64,000 bases of DNA from Planctomycetota bacterium (lineage in GTDB: Bacteria; Planctomycetota; UBA1135; UBA2386): assembly GCA_965223545.1 (NCBI GenBank), contig OZ245006.1, positions 6,912,001-6,976,000 on the forward strand, written 5' to 3'. A program made the position numbers and the translations under genes. This document shows, piece after piece, positions 27,254 through 36,539 of this stretch (positions are counted from its first letter, which is position 1; the number at the start of each line of letters is the position of its first letter). The notes below the pieces were generated by a model. It was not told the DNA's origin. It ran no database searches and saw only the letters and a program-made list of their open reading frames with translations.

Positions 27254-28627
27254 TCAGCGTTCCAGCGGCAAGCCAGCCGCCGCCCAGGCGTTGGTACCGC
27301 CGGTCACGTTGTGCAGGTCGCGAAAACCGAGCCGCCGCAACAGCACCGTGGCGGCGCTCGAGCGATACCCCGAGCCGCAGATCACCGCCGTCGGTCGGTT
27401 TCGATCCAGAGCGGTGAGGTCCACGCCGCCGCGCGCCAGGGACGGCAATGGCGCCGGCGTCGCGCCGGGCGCGTGTCCGGCGGTGAACTCGCCCGCTCCG
27501 CGCACGTCGATCAGCTGCCAACCGTCCCGCAGCCGCTGGTCGAGCGCGGTCGGCTCGATCTGTGGCACGACCGCGTCCGCCCGGGCGCCCAGTTTGGCGG
27601 CGGGAGTCCAACCCGCGACGTCGTCGATGCCGACCCGGCCCAGGCGCATGCGGGCTTCCTCGGCCGCCTCGAGATCGGTCGCGACGATGGCGACCGGGCG
27701 ATCCAGGGGCAGCAGGCTGCCGCACCAGCTGGCGAACGAGCCGGTGAGGCCGATGTTGATCGAGTCGGGGAGGTGGCCCGCGCCGTACTGCGCTGCGCTG
27801 CGGACGTCGAGCACGCTCGCGTCGACCTGCCCGTCGCCGGCCAGCTCCGTCGGGTCGAGCTCGCGCAGCGCCGGCCGCTCGGCGTCGAGCCGCGGGCCGC
27901 GGCAGTTGAGCGTGGCGGCGTACGCGAAGTAGGCCGGCGCCGGGGCCAGGTCGGTGGTCATCGAGGCGACGAACTCCTCGCGCGCCTGCGGTTGGAGCGC
28001 GGGGTTGGCCAACCGCTGATGGCCGATGGTCGAGGAGGTCTCGTTGGAGATGTTGCGGCCGCACGCCGAGCCGGCCCCGTGCGCCGGAAACACTTCGATG
28101 CCGTCGTCGAGCGGCAGGATCTTGTCGCGCAGAGAGTCGTACATCATCCCCGCCATGTCTTCCTTGCTGTAGCCGAGCCCCATCGCCAGATCCGGCCGGC
28201 CGACGTCGCCGATGAACAGCGTGTCGCCGCTCAACAGCTTGGCCGGGATCTCGGGTGCGGAGGAGTCGCGCACCAAAAAGCACAGATCGCTCGGCGTGTG
28301 GCCGGGCGTTTCGAGGACCTCGATGGTGACGCTGCCGACCTCTAGCCGATCGCCGTCGCGCAGCGGCTCGAACGGAAAGCCCGCGTCCACGCGATGGCTC
28401 ATGGCGATGGCGGCCCCGGTGCGCGCCGCCAGCTCGCGGTGGCCGGCGACGAAGTCGGCGTGGATGTGGGTCAGCAGAATGCGCTCGATGCGCAGGCCGT
28501 TCTGCTCCGCGAGCTGCAGGTACTCGTCGACGTCGCGCCGCGGATCGACGACCGCCGCGCGCCCCTGCGAACCGATCAGGTAGGAAGCCTGCGCCAGGCA
28601 CGGGAGATAGATCTGTTGGAACAGCAT
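27254..28627 (-). CDS. MBL-fold persulfide dioxygenase-like protein fused to two rhodanese domains
   Basis: THIHADF, TPGHT, GDTLFIGDVGRPDL and PAHGAGSACG motifs; C-terminal CGSGYRS. Confidence 0.92.
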   Translation of the reverse strand: MLFQQIYLPCLAQASYLIGSQGRAAVVDPRRDVDEYLQLAEQNGLRIERILLTHIHADFVAGHRELAARTGAAIAMSHRVDAGFPFEPLRDGDRLEVGSVTIEVLETPGHTPSDLCFLVRDSSAPEIPAKLLSGDTLFIGDVGRPDLAMGLGYSKEDMAGMMYDSLRDKILPLDDGIEVFPAHGAGSACGRNISNETSSTIGHQRLANPALQPQAREEFVASMTTDLAPAPAYFAYAATLNCRGPRLDAERPALRELDPTELAGDGQVDASVLDVRSAAQYGAGHLPDSINIGLTGSFASWCGSLLPLDRPVAIVATDLEAAEEARMRLGRVGIDDVAGWTPAAKLGARADAVVPQIEPTALDQRLRDGWQLIDVRGAGEFTAGHAPGATPAPLPSLARGGVDLTALDRNRPTAVICGSGYRSSAATVLLRRLGFRDLHNVTGGTNAWAAAGLPLER

Positions 28628-28720
28628 GGCGGGATTCCTCGCCAGGATAGCCGAGCCCGGTCGGTGGTGACCATCTGCGGCCGATGCCATGGGCGCGGCA
28701 CTGTCCCAAGCGCCGTGGTC

Positions 28721-28726
28721 TATCGT
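28721..28726 (+). promoter_or_regulatory. -10-like box TATCGT, 7 nt before ATG 28734
   Basis: TATCGT-cggcggc-ATG, no SD. Confidence 0.45.
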
Positions 28727-28733
28727 CGGCGGC

Positions 28734-31664
28734 ATGCTGCTCGCTCGGTTCGCGTTCCTGTTCGGCCACCGCCCCTCGTCGTTTGCCGCTGTGCTGTTGT
28801 CGGTGATCCTGTCGGTGCCGTCTGCCGCGCAGAACTGGTGGCTGGGGGCGCGCCGGACGGTGCGCCCTGCCGACTACGGTGCGTTCGAGCGGCTCGGACC
28901 CCACTTGCTGAGCCCCGACGGCAACTTCTGTGTCTGGTCGATCGAGCGAGTGGACGGCGGCTCCGAGCTTCGCCTCGCCCGTGTTGGCGAGAACGGGCTG
29001 GTGGGCGAACGGCGGGTGTTCGCCCAGGGGGCGTCGCCCGTGTTCTCCGAGGATGGCGACTGGCTTGCGTTTCGCGTCCGTCCCACCGAGGCGGAGCGCG
29101 AAGCGGCAACCAAGGCCAAGCGGCCACCCCGTGCGGCCGTCGGGCTGTTCGATCTCTCGTCGGGGAAGCTGACCGAACGCGAGGGGGTCGAGCGCTTCAC
29201 GTTCGCGCCCGGGGGGCGTTACGTGCTGTTGGAGCAAGCGACCAAAGACCGCGGCGAGCGCGCGCGCGGCCGCACGCTGCTCCTGCGCGACTTGGGTACC
29301 GGGCTCGACACGGTGTTCGCCGACGTCGGCGAGCATGCGTGGCACGAGGAGCAGCCGCTGTTGGCGCTCGCGTGGGACACTGTCGACGACCTCGGCAACG
29401 GCATCGCGGTTTACGACCCCACCCGCCAGCGCCTGCGCACCCTGGACTCGAGCGAGACGACGTACCGGGCGTTGACGTGGCGGCGCGAAGCGGCGGACTT
29501 GGCCGTGCTGCGCCTGCTCAGCGCGGACGGCAAGGCCGAGAATGGAGACCCGGACCGAGCGGCGGACGATGGCGACGGTGCAGCGGAAGCCGAGTCCGCG
29601 CCGCCCGCTGGCGACGACGACGAAGACACTGCCCGGCACGCGGTGCTGGCGTGGCGCGGCCTCGACGGCGACGCGCCGCAGCGTTTCGAGGTGCATCCCG
29701 ACGACGTCGAGGGCTTTCCCGCCGGGCATCGCATCGCGCAGTACGAGGGTGTGCGTTGGTCGAAGGCCGGGGATGCGCTGTTCGTCGGAACCCAGCCGTT
29801 GCCGACCGACTACCAGCTGGCAAAGGCCGAGGCCGGCAGCTTGCGCGACACGCTCGAGGAGTCGGCGGGCGTCGAGGTCTGGCACGCGCGCGACATCGAC
29901 ATCCAACCGCGGCAGAAGGTCACGCACTCCGCAGACCGGCGCCGCAGTGCGCTGCTGGCCTGCTGGCTCGAAGAGGGGCGATCCGTGCCGCTCGGCGACG
30001 AGATCGGCGAGCAGGTCACGCTGATGCGGGGCGAGCGCCACGCGATTCTGCGGGACAACACCCCCTACGAGGAACAGAAGCGGTTTGGTCCCACGCTCTA
30101 CGACGCGTACCTGATCGACACGGCGAGTGGCGAGCGCCGGCGGATTCTCGAAGCCGTCAAGTTCGTGTTTCCCAGCGACCCGACCGGCGGGTTCTTCGCC
30201 TACCGGCGCGACGGTGCGCTGTGGGTCTACGACATCGCTGCCGATACGCACCGGGATTTGACGAGTGGGTTGGATGGCGATTTCGTCAACGACGAGCGCG
30301 GCCTGCTCACCGACGAGAACCGCGGCTTCGGCGTCGCCGGCTGGAGCCCCGACGGCAAGCGCGTGGTGGTGCACAGCCGCTACGACGTCTGGTCGGTGGC
30401 CACCGATGGGTCGGGCGGGCGGCGCCTGACGGAGGGCGCGGGGAGCGCTACGCGCTTTCGCGTCGTCACTCTCGATCCCGAGCAGCGACGGCTCGGCATC
30501 GTCGACGAGAGCGAGCCGCTCTGGTTGTCGGTGTACGGGGAGCGCACCAAGCAGTCGGGGTTCGCGCGGTTGTCGGAGTCAGGCGGTGTCGAAGAGCTCG
30601 TGCTCCGCGACGCCGCGCTGTCCCGGCTGGTGCGCGCCGAAGAGGCGCCGGTGTACGCCTTCAGCGCGCAGAAGTTCGACGATCCGCCCGACGTCTTCGT
30701 CGCCGGCGCCAGTTTCCAAGACGTTCACCAAGTATCGGCGACCAACGCCAATGCGGCGGGGTTCGCATGGGGGCGGGCCGAGCTCGTCGACTACGAGAGC
30801 ACGCACGGCGAGCGCCTGCAGGGTGCCCTCTACTATCCCGCCGACTACGATCCCGACCGCCGCTACCCGCTGATCACCTACATCTACGAGCTGCGCTCGC
30901 AGCAGCTCCACTCGTGGACCGCGCCGAGCGAGCGCAGCGCCTACAACCCGACGGTGTTCAGCCAGCGTGGCTACTTCGTCTTCCAGCCGGACATCGTGTA
31001 CCGACCGCAGAACCCGGGCCTGTCCGCGCTCGAGTGCGTCGTGCCCGCCGTCGAGGTCGTGGCCGCGCGCGACGACGTCGACGAGAGCAAGATCGGGTTG
31101 GTCGGCCATTCCTGGGGTGCCTACCAGACCGCGTTCTTGACGACGCACAGCGACGTGTTCGCCGCCGGTGTCGCCGGCGCGCCCTTGACCAACATGATCA
31201 GCATGTCGATGAGCGTGTATTGGAACACCGGGCAGACCGACGCCTGGATCTTCCACGAGAGCCAGGGTCGCATGGACCGGCCGTTCTGGCGCGACCTCGA
31301 CACCTACGTGCGCAACTCTCCGATCTTCGGCCTCGACCGCATGACCACCCCGCTGCTGGTGGCGTTCGGCGACGAGGATGGAGCCGTCGACTGGCAGCAG
31401 GGCGTGGAGTTCTACAACGCCGCCCGGCTGGCGCAGAAGCCGGTCGTCATGTTGGTCTACCCCGGCGAGAACCACAGCCTGCGCAAGAAGTCCAACCAAG
31501 TGGACTACCACCACCGCGTGCTCGAGTGGTTTGCCCACTACCTGAAGGGCGCGCCGGCCGCCACCTGGATCGTCGAGGGTCAGTCGCACGCCGATCGCCA
31601 GCGCGAGCTCGAGGCCCGCGAGAAGGCCGCCGCGAACAAGAAGCCGAAACGCAGCCGGTCTTGA
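28734..31664 (+). CDS. S9 family (prolyl oligopeptidase/acylaminoacyl) peptidase, exported
   Basis: GHSWGAY nucleophile, EDGAVD and GENH triad motifs; N-terminal propeller; signal peptide. Confidence 0.93.
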   Translation: MLLARFAFLFGHRPSSFAAVLLSVILSVPSAAQNWWLGARRTVRPADYGAFERLGPHLLSPDGNFCVWSIERVDGGSELRLARVGENGLVGERRVFAQGASPVFSEDGDWLAFRVRPTEAEREAATKAKRPPRAAVGLFDLSSGKLTEREGVERFTFAPGGRYVLLEQATKDRGERARGRTLLLRDLGTGLDTVFADVGEHAWHEEQPLLALAWDTVDDLGNGIAVYDPTRQRLRTLDSSETTYRALTWRREAADLAVLRLLSADGKAENGDPDRAADDGDGAAEAESAPPAGDDDEDTARHAVLAWRGLDGDAPQRFEVHPDDVEGFPAGHRIAQYEGVRWSKAGDALFVGTQPLPTDYQLAKAEAGSLRDTLEESAGVEVWHARDIDIQPRQKVTHSADRRRSALLACWLEEGRSVPLGDEIGEQVTLMRGERHAILRDNTPYEEQKRFGPTLYDAYLIDTASGERRRILEAVKFVFPSDPTGGFFAYRRDGALWVYDIAADTHRDLTSGLDGDFVNDERGLLTDENRGFGVAGWSPDGKRVVVHSRYDVWSVATDGSGGRRLTEGAGSATRFRVVTLDPEQRRLGIVDESEPLWLSVYGERTKQSGFARLSESGGVEELVLRDAALSRLVRAEEAPVYAFSAQKFDDPPDVFVAGASFQDVHQVSATNANAAGFAWGRAELVDYESTHGERLQGALYYPADYDPDRRYPLITYIYELRSQQLHSWTAPSERSAYNPTVFSQRGYFVFQPDIVYRPQNPGLSALECVVPAVEVVAARDDVDESKIGLVGHSWGAYQTAFLTTHSDVFAAGVAGAPLTNMISMSMSVYWNTGQTDAWIFHESQGRMDRPFWRDLDTYVRNSPIFGLDRMTTPLLVAFGDEDGAVDWQQGVEFYNAARLAQKPVVMLVYPGENHSLRKKSNQVDYHHRVLEWFAHYLKGAPAATWIVEGQSHADRQRELEAREKAAANKKPKRSRS

Positions 31665-31737
31665 CAGGTCGGTGCGCGAGGCGCCAGTGGCGGGGCGAAT
31701 GACTTTTTCAACGGCCTGTTAATGCGACGATGATCGC

Positions 31738-32154
31738 ATGGCTTTCGGTGCAGATGTCCTCGAGCCGCGCATGGCGCGCATTCCGGTCTACGCAACGATG
31801 GGCATGGCGGTCACTCGCTGGGGCGACGGTGAGCTGACCGCGACCGTGCCGCGCCCGGCGGCGTTCGACGGCGTCTTCGAGTCGTTTCACGGCGGCATGC
31901 TGCTGACCGCCGCGGACTCGCTGGCCTGCGCCTGCATCATGACGGTGACCGGCCCCGACCAGGTGATGACCACCACCGACATGAACATCCGCTTCCTGCG
32001 CCCGTGCCTGACCGGAGTCCGGGTCGAATGCCGCCTGATCAAGCGCGGCCGCACCATGTGCCTCGTGCAGGCCGACCTCTTCGACGACGCCGGCGCCCAC
32101 GTCGCCGTCGCCCAGGTCAACTACATGCTGCTCCCCGACATGCCCCCCCGCTAG
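31738..32154 (+). CDS. PaaI-family hotdog thioesterase
   Basis: FHGGMLLTAADS, TTDMNIRFLRP and KRGRT motifs. Confidence 0.9.
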   Translation: MAFGADVLEPRMARIPVYATMGMAVTRWGDGELTATVPRPAAFDGVFESFHGGMLLTAADSLACACIMTVTGPDQVMTTTDMNIRFLRPCLTGVRVECRLIKRGRTMCLVQADLFDDAGAHVAVAQVNYMLLPDMPPR

Positions 32155-32157
32155 CAC

Positions 32158-32200
32158 GTACGGAGCCTGGCTCCAGTTCATCACCTCCCGCCACGCCTCC
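32158..32200 (+). repeat. Degenerate half-copy of the 63.2-kb palindrome arm
   Basis: GTACGGAGCCTGGCTCCAGTTCATCACCTC vs GTACGGATCCAGGCTCCCATTCATCACTTC. Directly after a TAG stop, like the 63.2-kb copy. Confidence 0.6.
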
Positions 32201-32273
32201 CGCGGCCGCGTCCGAAAGCCCACCGGAATCGACCGCCGAAGCGTCCGACCGGCGCCGTTATGCTCGGCGTGCC

Positions 32274-33761
32274 ATGCCGATCGACGTCACGCAGACCCTG
32301 CTCAAACGGCGCCGCACGAAGATCGTCGCCACCATCGGCCCCGCGTCGCAAGACGAGGCGCAGCTGCGGGCGCTGATCGAGGCCGGAGTCGACGTCGTGC
32401 GCCTCAACATGTCGCACGGCAGCCCGGCGGCGCACCGGGCGGCAGCGGCTGGTGTCCGGCGGTTGGCGCGGGAGGCGGATGTTCCGGTCGCCCTCCTGGT
32501 CGACCTGTGCGGGCCGAAGATCCGCACCGGTACGTTTCCGGGTGGAGCGATCGAGCTGCCCGCCGGCGGCCACGTTTGGGTCGAGGCCGGCGGCGCCGAT
32601 GCGCGGGGCTCGCTCGAGCGCATCCCGATCCACTACGAGCGGCTGGCCCTCGACCTGGCTCCGGGCCACCGGCTGCTGCTCGACGATGGCCGCCTCGAGC
32701 TGAGTGTCGAAGCGATCGATCGCGGCGCGGGTGCGGTGCGCTGCACGGTCGTGCACGGCGGCGTCCTGCGCGATCGCAAGGGGGTCAACTTTCCGGACAC
32801 CGAGCTCTCGATCCCGTCCCTGACCGAGGCGGACCGCGCGGCGGTGGCGTTGGCGCGCGAGATCGAGGCGGAGCTCGTCGCCCTGTCGTTCGTGCGGGAG
32901 GCGGAAGACCTGCACGCGCTCCGCGCCTGCGTCGACGACCCACAGGTCCGGCTCGTGGCGAAGATCGAGAAGCCCGAGGCGCTGGCGCAGATCGAAGAGA
33001 TCGTCGATGCCGCCGACGCCATCATGGTGGCGCGCGGCGACCTCGGCGTCGAAGTCCCCGCCGAGCAGGTTCCATCGATCCAGGACGAGCTCGTGCGGCT
33101 CGGCCGCGAGCGGCACAAGCCGGTCATCATCGCCACGCAGATGCTCGAGTCGATGCTGCGCGAGGCGCGGCCAACGCGCGCCGAGGTCGCCGACGTCGCG
33201 CACGCGGTCGGCAGCGGCACCGACGCCCTGATGCTCTCCGGCGAGACGGCGGTGGGGGAGCACCCGGTCGCGGCGGTGCAGATCATGGATCGCATCATCC
33301 GCCAGACCGAGGCCGGGCAGTGGTCCCGCAGCGGCTTCCGCAGCCTGACCGTGGACGACTCTCCGCCGCCGGACATGCACACCAACGTCGCGGTGGGGCG
33401 CGCGGTCGCCCAGCTGTCGCGCGACCTCGAGGCGCGTGCGGTGCTGGTGGTGTCGCGCACGGGCACTTCGACGCAGGTGATGAGCGCGGCCCGGCCCGCG
33501 GCCCCGCTGCTGGCGGTGACCTGCAGCGAACGCATCTGTCGGCTGATGAACCTGTGCTGGGGCGTGGTGCCGACCTGCGTGCCCGAGGCGGAGCTGGATC
33601 GCCCGGTTTCGCTGGTCCGCACGGTGGTCGCCCGGATGGGGCTGGGGGCGGCGGAAACGGCGGGCGGCCGAGCGCTGGTGGTGCGGGGATTCCGCGACCC
33701 GCCCGCCGAGAACCTGCCGTCGGTCGCGGTGGTCGAACTCGCCGGCCCACCGGCGGGCTGA
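32274..33761 (+). CDS. pyk: Pyruvate kinase
   Basis: RRTKIVATIGPAS, RLNMSHG, AKIEKPEA, MVARGDLGVE, ATQMLESM and MLSGETA motifs. Confidence 0.97.
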   Translation: MPIDVTQTLLKRRRTKIVATIGPASQDEAQLRALIEAGVDVVRLNMSHGSPAAHRAAAAGVRRLAREADVPVALLVDLCGPKIRTGTFPGGAIELPAGGHVWVEAGGADARGSLERIPIHYERLALDLAPGHRLLLDDGRLELSVEAIDRGAGAVRCTVVHGGVLRDRKGVNFPDTELSIPSLTEADRAAVALAREIEAELVALSFVREAEDLHALRACVDDPQVRLVAKIEKPEALAQIEEIVDAADAIMVARGDLGVEVPAEQVPSIQDELVRLGRERHKPVIIATQMLESMLREARPTRAEVADVAHAVGSGTDALMLSGETAVGEHPVAAVQIMDRIIRQTEAGQWSRSGFRSLTVDDSPPPDMHTNVAVGRAVAQLSRDLEARAVLVVSRTGTSTQVMSAARPAAPLLAVTCSERICRLMNLCWGVVPTCVPEAELDRPVSLVRTVVARMGLGAAETAGGRALVVRGFRDPPAENLPSVAVVELAGPPAG

Positions 33762-33860
33762 TTTTTTTCGCGCAGGTGTTTCGTCGGCGGGCCGTCGAAC
33801 GCTCTATCCAGTGGCGCGGGGAGCATGGGCCCGCGCCACGAGAGAGAACGAGGCAACGAG

Positions 33861-33902
33861 AGGCGCGCGACACCCGGGGGGGTGTCGCGCGCCTTCTTTT
33901 TT
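33861..33902 (+). terminator. Rho-independent terminator
   Basis: 15-bp stem AGGCGCGCGACACCC / GGGTGTCGCGCGCCT, 4-nt loop, followed by TCTTTTTT. Confidence 0.85.
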
Positions 33903-33970
33903 CGCCGCGGCGCGGTTTTCTGCGCGGTGAGCGGAGTCTCGGTCGGCATCAGGGGTTCCGAGTGCAACCC

Positions 33971-36526
33971 ATGTCTTCCCTCAGCCAATCGGTCGATCCC
34001 GCCCTTGCCGACGCGGATTGGGTGCGCGCGCTGGCCCTGCGCATGGTGTGCGACGCCGCCGAGGCCGACGATCTGGCGCAGGAGACCCTGCTCGCGGCCT
34101 GGGCGTCGCAGGCACCACGCCGCTCGTTGCGGCGCCGGTTCCTGGCCGCCGTGCTGCGCAACGTGGTGCGGCAGTCACGCCGATCGGCCGCCCGCCGCGG
34201 CCGCCGCGAGCGCGCCTGTGCGGTCCCGGAGGTGGATTTCGCCGGCGATCCGGTCGACGTCGCCGCGCAGCTCGAGCGCCATCGCGAGGTCGTCGATGCG
34301 GTCGAGGCGCTGGCCGAGCCATATCGCACCGCGGTGTGGCTCAGGTTCTTCGAGGATCTCCCGCCGCGCAGCATCGCCGAGCGGCTACAGGTCCCGGTCA
34401 AGACGGTCGACTCGCGCCTGCACCGCGGTTTGGCGCAGCTGCGGGCGCGTCTGGGTGGCAGTCGCGCGTGGGCGGCACTCTGGATGCCGTTGGCATGGGG
34501 CAACCGCCCGCCAACGGCGGTGGCGTGTCTCGGAACGGCATTGGTGGTCTCGATGAGTTTGAAGGTCAAGTTGTGGGCCGCCGCCGCGGTGGCGGTGATC
34601 GGTGCGTCCTGGTTCCTGGTCGGTGGGGAGGCGGCCGGTTCCGAGGCCGGGCAGCGGCCCGCGGTCGACCGTCCGCGCTCGACTGCACGTGCTGGCGGTG
34701 GTGGCGCGCCGGCCGGGGGCTCTCCCGCGCGCCAGTCGGTGGTGCCGCGGTCGACCACTTCGGCGGCGCGCGCGCCGGTCCCGATGCGCGCCCTGCGCGC
34801 CCGCGTTCTCGACGTCGAAGCGGCGCCACTGGCGGGCGTCGAGGTGCGGTTCTCGCCGACCGGCGGGGGCGAAGAGACCAGCATGATCAGCGATGGCCAG
34901 GGCTGGCTGGCGGCCGACGTGCGCGATGTGCGTGGCGTCCTCCGGCCCGCCGACGTGGCGTGGGTCGCGGTCATGGAGGGCGCGGTCGTGCCGCTCTCCG
35001 AAGTTCCCCCGGTCGTGGTCCTGGCCCGCGCCCTCGATCTGGCCGGCACGGTGGTCGACGGCGCGGGCACGCCAGTGACCGGCGCCAGCGTCTCGGTCGA
35101 GCTACCGGTCGACTTCGCGCCGCGCTTCGCGGTCGCGCTCGACAACGCGATCCGTCGCCAATGGCGCACGACGACCGCGGCGGAGGGGGGCTTTGCCCTG
35201 GCGCGCGTGCCGGCGGTCGCGGGTGCGGTGGTCGAGGTCGTGCACCGCGATTATCGAAAGGTCGAACAGGAGCTGCCCGCCGGATCGGACCCGGCGATGT
35301 GGATCACCTTGACGCCGCGGGATGTCGGCGATCGGTTGGCGGGTCGCGTGCTGTTGCCGGACGGTGCCCCGGCATCGGAAGCGCGCGTCGCGATCGGCAT
35401 GCACGCCGTCGAGACCGATGTCCGCGGCGTGTTCGAGCTCGACCTGGCCCGTCGCTGGAGTCCGCAGCACCGAGTCGTCGCGGTGCAGGCGGGCTACCTG
35501 CCCGCCTACGCCGAACGACCGGCGGACACCGGCGAGTGGCCGGACTATCTGGAGCTGCGGCTCGGCGGTCCCCCGCTTTCGATCTCGGGTCGCGTGGTGC
35601 GACCCGACGGCCAGCCCGTGCAGGGGGCCTCGGTTTGGATCGCGGACCCGACGTCGTTCGGCGCGGTCCTCGGCGTGCCTGCGCAGGTCGAGAGCTTGAG
35701 TGCCGGCGTGGCGCCGCCGCCGCGTCCGTACGGGGACGGCAGTCCACCACGCGGTCAGCTCGACCTGACGATCCCCCAGTCGACTCCCAACCTCGTCTGG
35801 GCTTGGGTCACGACGGATGCCGCCGGCCGCTTCGAGCTGCCCGGGCTCGCGCCGCGCAGCTATCGCGTGGCCGCGATGCATCGCGAGACCCTGCAGCTGG
35901 TCGAGCAGAGCGACGTCGCCGCCGGCAGCGCGGGCATCGAGCTCGTGCTCGCCGAGGGCGCGCTCCACGAGCAGGTTCGCGGCCGGCTGCTGTCGCAGGC
36001 GGGGCGGCCGTTGGCCGGGCTGCGGGTCAGGGTCGTGCGGCGCAGCTTCGAGCACGTGGTCGCCGCCGAGAGTGGCACGCTGGACATCGGCATGATGTCG
36101 AACGCGGGCAGTGCTGTGAGCGACGCCGAGGGGCGGTTCGAGCTGCGCGAAGTGCCCAAGCAGGGAGTGTTCCTCTACATCGTCGGCGATCACGTCGTCG
36201 AGCACACCCACTTCGTCGAGGCAGATGATGGTGACGGCGAGCTCGAGGTCCGGCTGACCGCCACCGGCAACGTCCGCGTGGAGACCGCGCTTCAAGCCGA
36301 TGCGGTCGGGCTCGCCGATGCCGACGGGCGTCGGCTGGACGTGGTCGAGCGTTCGGCGGGAGGCGGGGTCAACGCCTGGTTGAGCGTTCCGCTCGTCGAT
36401 GGCCGGAGCTCGATCTTCGCCGCGCCCGAGCACGCGGCATTCGTGATCCTGTTCTCGGAGGGAGTGGAGGTCGGTCGATTGCCGCTCAACGTCGTGCCGG
36501 GGTCGCTGACGCGCGTCGGCCAGTAG
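33971..36526 (+). CDS. ECF sigma-70 factor fused to a TM helix and several carboxypeptidase-regulatory-like Ig domains
   Basis: Region 2 (EADDLAQET) and region 4 (LRFFEDLPPRSIAERLQVPVKTVDSRLHRGL), a TM helix, and repeated GxVxDxxGxPVxGAxV / TDxxGxF motifs. Confidence 0.9.
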   Translation: MSSLSQSVDPALADADWVRALALRMVCDAAEADDLAQETLLAAWASQAPRRSLRRRFLAAVLRNVVRQSRRSAARRGRRERACAVPEVDFAGDPVDVAAQLERHREVVDAVEALAEPYRTAVWLRFFEDLPPRSIAERLQVPVKTVDSRLHRGLAQLRARLGGSRAWAALWMPLAWGNRPPTAVACLGTALVVSMSLKVKLWAAAAVAVIGASWFLVGGEAAGSEAGQRPAVDRPRSTARAGGGGAPAGGSPARQSVVPRSTTSAARAPVPMRALRARVLDVEAAPLAGVEVRFSPTGGGEETSMISDGQGWLAADVRDVRGVLRPADVAWVAVMEGAVVPLSEVPPVVVLARALDLAGTVVDGAGTPVTGASVSVELPVDFAPRFAVALDNAIRRQWRTTTAAEGGFALARVPAVAGAVVEVVHRDYRKVEQELPAGSDPAMWITLTPRDVGDRLAGRVLLPDGAPASEARVAIGMHAVETDVRGVFELDLARRWSPQHRVVAVQAGYLPAYAERPADTGEWPDYLELRLGGPPLSISGRVVRPDGQPVQGASVWIADPTSFGAVLGVPAQVESLSAGVAPPPRPYGDGSPPRGQLDLTIPQSTPNLVWAWVTTDAAGRFELPGLAPRSYRVAAMHRETLQLVEQSDVAAGSAGIELVLAEGALHEQVRGRLLSQAGRPLAGLRVRVVRRSFEHVVAAESGTLDIGMMSNAGSAVSDAEGRFELREVPKQGVFLYIVGDHVVEHTHFVEADDGDGELEVRLTATGNVRVETALQADAVGLADADGRRLDVVERSAGGGVNAWLSVPLVDGRSSIFAAPEHAAFVILFSEGVEVGRLPLNVVPGSLTRVGQ

Positions 36527-36539
36527 CCGCGGCGGCGCC

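Noticed and set aside
32507..33970. Upstream extension making the ECF ORF 1339 aa
   Set aside because: An out-of-frame overlap with pyk that crosses a terminator; the sigma domain begins at ATG 33971.
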